Notes under the pieces: model-generated
The model's input: only the letters and a program-made list of their open reading frames with translations
What the model was told of the DNA's origin: nothing
Database searches by the model: none
Program-made: the position numbers and the translations under genes
Part shown: in pieces, positions 47,652-55,491 of the stretch
Layout of the letters: each line of letters starts with the position of its first letter
How positions within the stretch are numbered: position 1 is the first letter of the stretch
DNA from: Alphaproteobacteria bacterium
Lineage (GTDB): Bacteria > Pseudomonadota > Alphaproteobacteria > UBA8366 > GCA-2717185
NCBI GenBank assembly: GCA_012103325.1
Contig: WLWY01000014.1
Span: 21,218-85,217, forward strand
DNA: 64,000 bases
Reading direction: 5' to 3'

Positions 47652-48302
47652 TTATTTTTTGCCGCCCGCGCGAGACACGATGAAGTCCCAGCGCGCAGCG
47701 ACCGTCGCGGGCGCCGCCATAGCGTGATCGTCGTCGAGCCATTGTACGGTATAATCGGCCTCAAGCTTTCTGAAACAGGCATGCGACGCGTCGTCCATCC
47801 AATCGTCGGCCTTACCGACCTGTATCAGGCACCGGTCGTTATCGATTTTCTCCAGGCAGGTGTCCATGTCGAAGGGCCGCAGTTCCGCAATACGGGCCAG
47901 CTCCGCCGGGCCGTCGAGCCTTTCACGGAACTTTCTGGCCGATGCCAGTTCGCTGTGCGCCCGGTAATCGCTCAGTGCGGGAATCACCCCAGGGAACACC
48001 AATCCATCGAAGCTGCCGTCCCGCGCCGCCGCGTAGGCGAGCAGGCTACCGCCATGGTTTCGCCCAATACCGAAGACGCGAATACCGGGCGTCGCCTCCC
48101 GAATCTGGGTGATCTCTTCGGCAATTGTATCGGCAACGGCATTGAAATAGGGCGGTCGGGAATCGATCGGGTGCCCCTTTACCGGCGCCAAGACGAGCGC
48201 ATGCGCCGTCGCGTCTCGCTCCCGCGCGGCGGCCTCGTCTTCCGGAAACGGCAATGCGTCGGCGCCGGGCACTAGAATGACATGGATCGCTGTACTGGGC
48301 AT
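47652..48302 (-). CDS. hypothetical protein, weakly alpha/beta-hydrolase-like
   Basis: 216-222 aa ORF with good codon bias. ATG 48302 is preceded by GGGAG. No clean GxSxG nucleophile elbow (GIGRNHGGS), so the family call is weak. Confidence 0.5.
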   Translation of the reverse strand: MPSTAIHVILVPGADALPFPEDEAAARERDATAHALVLAPVKGHPIDSRPPYFNAVADTIAEEITQIREATPGIRVFGIGRNHGGSLLAYAAARDGSFDGLVFPGVIPALSDYRAHSELASARKFRERLDGPAELARIAELRPFDMDTCLEKIDNDRCLIQVGKADDWMDDASHACFRKLEADYTVQWLDDDHAMAAPATVAARWDFIVSRAGGKK

Positions 48303-48326
48303 TACCTTCGACTCCCACACTCACCG

Positions 48327-48437
48327 CCGTCCACCCCCACCCTAGCCCTCCCCCATCGAGGGGGAGGGGAAATGTGGTGAAACTCACAATGATATAATCC
48401 CTTCCCCCCTTGCGGGGGAAGGCTAGGATGGGGGGTG
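48327..48437. repeat. REP-like intergenic element, second copy of the 42345-42462 family
   Basis: CCGTCCACCCCCACCCTAGCCCTCCCCCATCGAGGGGGAGGGG ... CCCTTCCCCCCTTGCGGGGGAAGGCTAGGATGGGGGGTG. The arms are mutually reverse-complementary and each is itself hairpin-forming. Confidence 0.7.
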
Positions 48438-48471
48438 CTTTGCCACCAAAGCTTCTTTGAGAGAATATGAC

Positions 48472-49488
48472 ATGATGCAGCGAAACAACTTCCTGGACGT
48501 AATCTATACCCATACGGAGGGGGAGCCGACCTGCATCATTCATAGCGGCATCCCCTACCCGCACGGGCTCGACATTCTCGGCAAGCGCCAGTTCCTGATC
48601 GACAATTTTGACCACGTCCGAACCGCGCTGATGCAGGAACCGCGCGGCCACAACGACATGTTCGGCGTTTTCCTAACACCGCCGTCGCAACCGGACATGG
48701 ACGCCGGCATGCTGTGGATCGACGGCGAACGGTTCGTCGAGATGTGCGGCCACGGCACCATCGCGCTCGCCATGGTGATGGCGTCACACGGTATGATGCG
48801 AAAGGTCGAAGAGCCCTCGACCTGGATCAACTTCGAGACCCCGGCCGGCCCTGTGAAGGCCGAAGTCCATAGCGAAAACGGTGCGGCGCAGTGGACCCGG
48901 TTCCAGAACGTGCCCGCCTTCGTGTTCGCCCAGGACGTACCCATCGAACTGCCCGGCTACGGCGCGCTGACGGCGGACATCTCCTTCGGCGGCAACTTCT
49001 TCGCCGTCGTCAGATGGCCGGATACGGAACGGCCCATCGGCCTGGAGAACGGCAAGCTGCTCTCAGAAATGGGCCTGCTGGTCAAGGAGCAGATCAACGC
49101 CAAGATGAACGTCCAGCACCCGGTCGAGAAACATATCCAGGGCCTGCATTTCTGCACTTTCTGGCAGGACGGCGACCGGCCCGACAGCCTGTACAGGAAC
49201 GTGCATGTCTTCAGCGACGGCAAGCTCGACCGCTCACCCGGCGGCACCGGCACCAGCATGATGATGGCGACCTTCGAAGCACGCGGAAAGATGAAGATGG
49301 GCGAGACGATCAAGTCCGAAGGGCTGCTCGGCAGCGGCCAGTTCGAAGGCTGCCTGATCGGCGAAACGACCATCGGCAACCACCGCGCCGTCATTCCCAC
49401 GGTGAAGGGCACCGCGAAAATCACCGGCTACGCGAAGTGGCTGCTCGATCCCGATGACCCCGTGGGACAGGGGTTCGTTATTCGCTGA
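48472..49488 (+). CDS. proline racemase superfamily protein (4-hydroxyproline epimerase / 3-hydroxyproline dehydratase-like)
   Basis: YTHTEGEPTCII, first catalytic motif EMCGHG, and second motif DRSPGGTGTS, where Gly sits at the position where racemases and epimerases have Cys. Start placed at ATG 48472. Confidence 0.85.
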   Translation: MMQRNNFLDVIYTHTEGEPTCIIHSGIPYPHGLDILGKRQFLIDNFDHVRTALMQEPRGHNDMFGVFLTPPSQPDMDAGMLWIDGERFVEMCGHGTIALAMVMASHGMMRKVEEPSTWINFETPAGPVKAEVHSENGAAQWTRFQNVPAFVFAQDVPIELPGYGALTADISFGGNFFAVVRWPDTERPIGLENGKLLSEMGLLVKEQINAKMNVQHPVEKHIQGLHFCTFWQDGDRPDSLYRNVHVFSDGKLDRSPGGTGTSMMMATFEARGKMKMGETIKSEGLLGSGQFEGCLIGETTIGNHRAVIPTVKGTAKITGYAKWLLDPDDPVGQGFVIR

Positions 49489-49513
49489 ACCACCGATCCA
49501 ACGAGAGAACATC

Positions 49514-49990
49514 ATGAGCAAAGGCAAGAAACACCACTACGAAATCAGTATGGTCTGGACCGGCGCGACAGAAGGCCCGGCGAAGGATTATCACACCTAT
49601 TCGCGGGAGCATCGTTTCGAAGCGCCCGGCAAGCCGCCTCTTATCGGTTCGGCCGACCCGGCCTTCCGGGGCGATGCCGGCCAATACAATCCGGAAGAAC
49701 TGTTGCTCGCCGCCCTATCCGGTTGCCACATGCTTTGGTATCTGCATCTCTGTACGGCGAAGAAAATCACCGTCGTAAGCTACGAAGACCACGTCGAGGG
49801 CATGATGACGGAGGAACCCCGGGCCGGACGCTTCGTCGAAGCGACGATCAAGCCGACGGTCACCATCGCAGCAGGGGACGATGTGGCACTGGCGGTAGAG
49901 CTGCACGAACGGGCGCACAGTGAGTGCTTCATTGCCAATTCGGTCAATTTCCCGATCCACTGCGAACCGACGATTCAGACTCAGGATTGA
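49514..49990 (+). CDS. OsmC family peroxiredoxin-like protein
   Basis: 158 aa. Two conserved Cys contexts, LSGCHMLWY and HSECFIANS. Confidence 0.8.
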   Translation: MSKGKKHHYEISMVWTGATEGPAKDYHTYSREHRFEAPGKPPLIGSADPAFRGDAGQYNPEELLLAALSGCHMLWYLHLCTAKKITVVSYEDHVEGMMTEEPRAGRFVEATIKPTVTIAAGDDVALAVELHERAHSECFIANSVNFPIHCEPTIQTQD

Positions 49991-49999
49991 TTCACCTTC

Positions 50000-50891
50000 T
50001 TATGCCCCGCGACGGCGGACTAACTCGCGGTGCAGAATGTAGAGCCCGCTCAGAATGAGGATCACCGTGCCCGCCACGACCCATTGATCGGGCAGATCGT
50101 CCCAGAAGATGTACCCAAGTCCGCCGGCCCAGAGGATCGACGAATAGCGGAAGGGCGCGACGAGGCCTGCTTCGGCCATGCGGAAGGTCTCTACCATGCA
50201 ATAATGGCCACAGCCGGTGATCAACCCGCCGACCGCGATCAGGGCAAAATCTTCGGTGCTCGGCAGCTTCCAGGTACCGGCGACAACGGTACACAGGCCC
50301 GCGAGGCCGACCGCGGCCGTCGTCGTCACCAGAATGCCATTGGCGGTTTCCCGCGCGTTCGTCATGCGCCGCGTAAACAGATCGCGCGTGGCATCCATCA
50401 ACGCCGTCCCAAGCGGCAGCAGTGCCGCCAGCCGCCATAGATCGCCGCCGGGTCGGATAATGACCAGGACTCCGATGAAACCGACCACAACCGCCGCCCA
50501 GCGCCGGATTCCGACATGCTCCCCCAGGACCGGTGTTGCCAGGGCGGTGAGGAACAGCGGTGCGACGAAGGTGATCGCGATCACGTCGGCCAAGGGTAGG
50601 AGCCGCACCGCATTCATGAACAGGAAGGCGGAGCATACGACACAGGATGCCCGCAGGAGATGGACCTTGGGGTTACCGATCCGGGCGGAGTGACCCCCCC
50701 CCGGCACGCCAGATGAAGAAACCAATCGCCACGAAGATGAAAGCCGAACGCATGAACAGGACTTGGCCTGCCGGGTAGCCCGCCGACAGCAATTTCAGGA
50801 TCGCGTTGTTCAGGCTCATGAAGAAACTGCCGGCGAGCATGAACATGATCCCATACAGCGGCGCGTTCGCCGTCGCCCGGTCCGACTGCAT
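50000..50891 (-). pseudogene. DMT/EamA family permease, reading frame broken in a G9 homopolymer
   Basis: N-terminal 66 codons (MQSDRATANAPLYGIMFMLAGSFFMSLNN...FIWRAGGG) run from ATG 50891 and stop at 50673. The remainder (HSARIGNPKVHLLRAS...RELVRRRGA) continues in another frame down to 50000. The two parts align end-to-end with the upstream paralog. The frame change maps to C9 at 50694-50702 (plus strand). Confidence 0.8.
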
Positions 50892-51784
50892 CAATTCGAA
50901 CCGCCGCGCTGCCGCATCATTTCCCGGCGCAGGATGTACAAACCACTGGCCACCAAAATCACGGTCCCCGCAATCACCCAGGTATCCGGCAGATCCCCCC
51001 AGAACAAATACCCCATCGCAACGGCATACAAGATGCTGGAATATTTGAACGGCGCGACGAGACCGGCTTCCGCATGGCGAAAGGTCTCGATCATGCAGTA
51101 ATGTCCGAAGCCACTGACCATGCCGCCCATGGCGATCAAGGCGAAATCCTTGGGAGTCGGGACAATCCAGCCCAACGGCAAGGTCATCAGGCCGGAGAGG
51201 GCCACAGCCGCCGTCGTTGTTACCAGAATCGAGTTCGACGTTTCCCGCGGCGCGATACGCCGCGTGATCAAGTCGCGCATCGCCGCGGCAAAGGCCGAGC
51301 CTAGTGGCAAAAGTACGGCCAGGCGCACCACATCGCCGGTCGGCCGCGTGATGATCAGGACACCGATGAAGCCAACGAGGACTGCCGACCAGCGCCGCCA
51401 TCCGACAAATTCGCCCAGTACCGGCGTCGCAAGCATGGTGATGAAGAGCGGTCCCGCAAAGGAAATGGCAGTGGCATCCGCAAGCGGCAGATACTTCACG
51501 CCGGTGACGAACATGAAAGCAGACGCAATCGTGAAGGCAGCGCGGAGTACGTGACCCTGAAAGCTCTCGACACGCGCAGATTTGAAGCCGCCTTCGCGCC
51601 AAATAAAATAAGCGATAGGGATGAAGATGAAACTACCGCGCATGAACAGAATCTGGCCCGCGGGGTAGCCCGCTGACATCCATTTCAGAACCGCGTTGTT
51701 CAGGCTCATGAAGAACGTGCCTGCGAGCATGAACAATATGCCGCGCAGAGCAGCGGAAGAAGAATCAGGCACGTTTGGCGGCAT
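50891..51784 (-). CDS. DMT/EamA family permease
   Basis: 297 aa, ~10 TM helices, two EamA-like halves. Its stop TGA overlaps the ATG of the downstream paralog (TGATG). Confidence 0.88.
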   Translation of the reverse strand: MPPNVPDSSSAALRGILFMLAGTFFMSLNNAVLKWMSAGYPAGQILFMRGSFIFIPIAYFIWREGGFKSARVESFQGHVLRAAFTIASAFMFVTGVKYLPLADATAISFAGPLFITMLATPVLGEFVGWRRWSAVLVGFIGVLIITRPTGDVVRLAVLLPLGSAFAAAMRDLITRRIAPRETSNSILVTTTAAVALSGLMTLPLGWIVPTPKDFALIAMGGMVSGFGHYCMIETFRHAEAGLVAPFKYSSILYAVAMGYLFWGDLPDTWVIAGTVILVASGLYILRREMMRQRGGSN

Positions 51785-51787
51785 GCG

Positions 51788-52807
51788 CTAGGCGCGCAGA
51801 TTTCTGATGGGCTTCGTCACCGTATCGCTGCCACCGGACCAGAGCGGCAGATACGTCATCTTTATGCCGGGGCCGCCCGTAACAATGGGATGGATATCCG
51901 CCGGCGCACGGGCCAGGGGCCGGCCGTCAAGGTCGCCAACGCCTTCATACGGAAAGGGCCGGCGCATTTCGTATAGGTAGGTCTGCACCCGAGTGAGATC
52001 CCAGCCATGGTTGGCGAGAGTGTCCGCCATCTCCGGCGATATCAGGAAGACCTGTTCGCCGCGTTCCGGCTTCCGCGTGGCGCTGGTTACGTCAATCGCC
52101 GCATTCATGGCGGCGGCAACGGGCTGCAGGACTAGTTCGGGCCCGTCGCGCTCCGCGGCCGGCAGGACTTCGTCCGTGCCAGACACGCCCAGCACCGTGA
52201 CGGCACTCTCTCCAGCGTCTAGGCCGCGCCGAACGTGCAAAGGCGGAAAGCCAACATGGTCGCCTTCAGCAAAACAGAACGTGTATTTGCCCGGCTGTCC
52301 CATCGTCGCCATATCGGCGATCCCGGCGCGCGCGCCGCCAACATTGCGCATCACGAGACTGACCGCCCGGCCAATGCAGGCGTTCGCGCGATTGCCGGGG
52401 CCGAGACAATTGCTACCGGCGTTGAGGCCGAGCTGCTGGACAATCGGCCCATGCACACAGACCGCCACCGCTGGTGTCCCCGTCGTGCTCAGAACGCCGA
52501 GCAGATTGAATTGCGGTTCGATACAGGCTTCAGCCGCCGTCAATACGACCGGCAGTTCTTCCGGTCGGCAACCGGCGAGAACGCAATTGTAGGCGACGGC
52601 CTTCAGGGTGAGTTCGCCCATTAGAGGCATGACATGGCCGAAAGACTGATCGGGTGCGCCACGTCCGTCCAGCATCGCGCTCAGCCGGTCCAGCGTCGGC
52701 GGCACCAGCGGCAGCCCATCGCTCAGCTCCACCCCTTCGAGCGCCGCCTGGCACTCTTCCCAGGACAGCGACCCGTCGAAGAGCGGCATATCATGCGGAT
52801 CGGGCAT
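51788..52807 (-). CDS. conserved hypothetical Cys-motif protein, divergent paralog C
   Basis: 339 aa from ATG 52807 (MPDPHDMPLFDG...). Shares SDGLPLVPPT, AGCR, GSNCLGPGNRAN, GQPGKYTFCFAEG and HVRRG with the two upstream genes. The ORF-track start 53224 is a spurious extension into the upstream gene. Confidence 0.8.
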   Translation of the reverse strand: MPDPHDMPLFDGSLSWEECQAALEGVELSDGLPLVPPTLDRLSAMLDGRGAPDQSFGHVMPLMGELTLKAVAYNCVLAGCRPEELPVVLTAAEACIEPQFNLLGVLSTTGTPAVAVCVHGPIVQQLGLNAGSNCLGPGNRANACIGRAVSLVMRNVGGARAGIADMATMGQPGKYTFCFAEGDHVGFPPLHVRRGLDAGESAVTVLGVSGTDEVLPAAERDGPELVLQPVAAAMNAAIDVTSATRKPERGEQVFLISPEMADTLANHGWDLTRVQTYLYEMRRPFPYEGVGDLDGRPLARAPADIHPIVTGGPGIKMTYLPLWSGGSDTVTKPIRNLRA

Positions 52808-53847
52808 CAGAGGTTTGCGACGCGGACGGAACAGTCTTCGGTGGAACCGAAAGTCGGAATATAGGCCGAGTGCTTGCCAGGCCCGCCGGCGACCAGGACC
52901 TGAATGCGGTCGGGCGATGGGGTCAGGTAGAACTTGCCGTTCATCACATTGCTTTCCCGATCGACCGTGTAGCTGCGCCGTTTCTCTTCCGGTACGCGGT
53001 CCACATCGATTGCGGAGGCTTCGTAAATCTTCTCCTGGATGTCCACAATCGACAACCCGTCGCGGTGGATCGTCTGCGCATGCTCCGGGCCGAGCGCCAC
53101 GATGTAGGGACCGTGACCGTGGAGAATATTGGCGCCAGTCTGAGAAATGGTCCCGGCAATGGTCGTGAGGATGCCGTCGGCGGTCGTGCTGGCATGGTCG
53201 TTGATGTTGTGCGGCGGCTCGCAAGACATAACTGTCACGACGCTGTCACCGGCCTCGAAGCCGCGACGTACGTGATAGGGCTCCCAAGGGCTCTCCTCCT
53301 CGTTCTCGCCGAAGCAGAATGTGAATTTGGCCGGCGAGCCCTGCGTCGCACGGTCCATCTCGCCCGGTTTGCCGCCCCCGATATTCAAAAGCGTGAGCTG
53401 CAACGCCCGGCCAATCGTGGCGTTCGCGCGATGCCCCTGGCCGAAACAGTTGCTGCCGCTATTGATATCGAGCGAGCGCCGCAGCGGCCCGTTGACGATC
53501 AGCGTGGGAGCGCAGGGATGGGTCGTCGCGAGAGTCCCGTGCAGGTTATAGGCGGGATTGAGAACGGCCCGGACAGCGGAAACGACGACCGGAAAATATT
53601 CCGCGCGGCATCCGGCCATGACCGCATTCGCCGCAATCCCGCGCAAAGTCGGCACAAGGCGGCGCGGCGACATCGGCGGAAACGGCTCATTGTCGCCGCG
53701 GCAAGTCTCAACAAAGCGCTCAACCGCGTCCTCCGTCGGCATGACGAGCGGAAGACCATCGCTCCAGCCCTGCTCGATGGCATAGTCGTTCCATTGTCCG
53801 GGATCGAAATCGCCAATGTCGAGGAACTCGCCGTCAGACATGCGCAA
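52807..53847 (-). CDS. conserved hypothetical Cys-motif protein, paralog B
   Basis: 346 aa, roughly 80% identical by eye to paralog A. Its stop TGA overlaps the ATG of paralog C. Confidence 0.85.
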   Translation of the reverse strand: MRMSDGEFLDIGDFDPGQWNDYAIEQGWSDGLPLVMPTEDAVERFVETCRGDNEPFPPMSPRRLVPTLRGIAANAVMAGCRAEYFPVVVSAVRAVLNPAYNLHGTLATTHPCAPTLIVNGPLRRSLDINSGSNCFGQGHRANATIGRALQLTLLNIGGGKPGEMDRATQGSPAKFTFCFGENEEESPWEPYHVRRGFEAGDSVVTVMSCEPPHNINDHASTTADGILTTIAGTISQTGANILHGHGPYIVALGPEHAQTIHRDGLSIVDIQEKIYEASAIDVDRVPEEKRRSYTVDRESNVMNGKFYLTPSPDRIQVLVAGGPGKHSAYIPTFGSTEDCSVRVANL

Positions 53848-54877
53848 CCCGCACCGAGCAGGCTTCGGTGAAACCGAAGGTCGGAATATAGGCGGAGTGC
53901 TTGCCGGGGCCGCCCGCGACCAGCACCTGGATGTCTTCCGGCGAGCGGGTCAGATAGTAGTGGTCGTCGACCGGTTCCTGCTCGCGGTCCTGCTCGTAGT
54001 TCGTCCGGTTCTCCGCCGATACGCGGGAAATGTGCACAGCGGACGCTTCGTAGAGCTTCTGCTGGATGTCCGGCACCGTCCAGGCGTCGCGATGGACCGT
54101 CTGCGCGTGCTCCGGCCCGAACACGACCGTATAGGGCGCCGTTCCGTAGATGACATTGGCACCGGTCTGCGAGATCGTGCCCGCAATCGTCATCAAAATG
54201 CCTTCGCCCGTCGTGCTGGCGTGATCGTTGACGTTATGCGGCGGCTCGCAGGGCAGTACCGTGACAACGCTGTCGTTCGCGTCGAAACCGCGGCGCACAT
54301 GATAGGGCTCCCACGGGCTCTCCTCTTCGTTCTCGCCAAAGCAGAAGGCGTATTTCGCCGGCGACCCTTGCGTTGAGCGATCCATCTCGCCCGGTTTCGC
54401 ACCGCCGACATTCAGCAAGGTCAATTGCACCGCGCGGCCAATGGTGGCGTTGGCGCGATGCCCCTGACCGAAACAGTTGCTGCCGCAATTGATATCCAAT
54501 TGTTTTCGGATTGGACCATTGAGGATCACGCCTGGCGCGCAGGGATGCGTCGTCGCCAAGGTGCCGTGCAGATTGTAGTCCGGATTGAGCAAGGCCCTCA
54601 CCGTCGAGACGACGACCGGAAAGTATTCCGCCTTGCATCCCGCCATAACCGCGTTCGCCGCGATGCTGTCCAATGTCGGGATGACCCGGCGCGGCGGCAT
54701 CGGTGGAAAGGGCTCGTTGTCGCCGCGGCAGGTTTCGACGAAGCGCGCGACCGCATCCTCCGTCGGCGCCAGCAAGGGCATGCCGTCGCTCCAGCCCTGG
54801 TCGATGGCATAATCGTTCCACTGCGCGGGATCGAGATCGCCGACCTCGATCACCTCGCTTTCAGTCACATCAGTCAT
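53834..54877 (-). CDS. conserved hypothetical Cys-motif protein, paralog A
   Basis: 347 aa. AGGAG Shine-Dalgarno between the TAA of the upstream selenoprotein gene (54886-54888) and ATG 54877. Overlaps paralog B by 14 nt. Confidence 0.85.
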   Translation of the reverse strand: MTDVTESEVIEVGDLDPAQWNDYAIDQGWSDGMPLLAPTEDAVARFVETCRGDNEPFPPMPPRRVIPTLDSIAANAVMAGCKAEYFPVVVSTVRALLNPDYNLHGTLATTHPCAPGVILNGPIRKQLDINCGSNCFGQGHRANATIGRAVQLTLLNVGGAKPGEMDRSTQGSPAKYAFCFGENEEESPWEPYHVRRGFDANDSVVTVLPCEPPHNVNDHASTTGEGILMTIAGTISQTGANVIYGTAPYTVVFGPEHAQTVHRDAWTVPDIQQKLYEASAVHISRVSAENRTNYEQDREQEPVDDHYYLTRSPEDIQVLVAGGPGKHSAYIPTFGFTEACSVRVAHV

Positions 54878-54885
54878 AATACTCC

Positions 54886-55413
54886 TTAAGCGCCGACAGC
54901 CTGCTTCAGTTCACCGGACGCCACGCCGATCCGTTCCGCCAACTCTTCGGCATTCAGCCCGCCGATGGGATGTTTGACGATCAGCAGTTTCGGATCCGCC
55001 TTACGCGCCTTGGCTTGCGCCCGCACCAGTGGCAGGAAGGTTTCGGTAATAACGATGTAGGTTTCGACGCCGCGTTTTTCGAGTTCGATACTGTCATGGA
55101 AACTCCACGACGAGCACGACCCTCAATCCGCCAGAGCGAGTATCGCCCCTTTGTATTTTCCGGCGACCTGCTCGATCAGTTCCGGCGGTGCGGGTTGCGC
55201 CGCGCTGTCCTTGAACAGGTAATCAATATTGTCGGTCGCGCGGAACGCGCCCATCTGGTCGCGCACGCCCTCAAGCAGTTCACGCGCGTTCGGTTTCGAG
55301 TTCGAGATAATGGCGATCGGGTCGCTGCCCCAATCGGCGGTACCGGCAATTACCGGCTCGCTGCTGTTGTCGGCCGCTTCCGGCAAGCCGAACGATGGAT
55401 TGACGATACGCAT
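54886..55413 (-). CDS. predicted selenoprotein, 175 aa, with in-frame TGA (Sec) in a D-U-G-S-C motif ('UGSC'-type)
   Basis: ATG 55413 (GGAGA Shine-Dalgarno upstream) ... KGAILALAD-TGA(55125-55123)-GSCSSWSFHDSIELEKRGVETYIVITETFLPLVRAQAKARKADPKLLIVKHPIGGLNAEELAERIGVASGELKQAVGA-TAA(54888-54886). The 78 codons after the TGA contain no ATG/GTG/TTG start in frame. They end exactly at the Shine-Dalgarno of the next gene. Hairpin 11 nt after the TGA; selB in the window. Confidence 0.75.
55089..55116 (-). promoter_or_regulatory. candidate bacterial SECIS hairpin
   Basis: mRNA positions +12 to +30 after UGA: GUCGUGGA-GUU-UCCAUGAC (8-bp stem, GU-containing apical loop). Extendable by UGCU/AGUA with a bulged C. 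Confidence 0.5.
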
Positions 55414-55491
55414 TCTGGTCTCCTTTTGCGAAGACCCACAGCCTAGTACTCTCTGCCGGAAAGAGGCAATACGTATCAGGGAGGAACCGGC

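Noticed and set aside
50673-51602. 309-aa minus-strand ORF overlapping the first DMT gene out of frame
   Set aside because: Only its last ~72 codons (from MQSDRATANAPLYG...) are meaningful. They are the N-terminus of the frameshifted second DMT gene. The rest is an out-of-frame read-through of the upstream paralog.
52654-53871. 405-aa plus-strand ORF (and similar ORFs at 53816-54376 and 54425-54889) opposite the paralog genes
   Set aside because: Arg-rich antisense shadows. The minus-strand products are mutually homologous across three genes, which a non-coding frame would not be.
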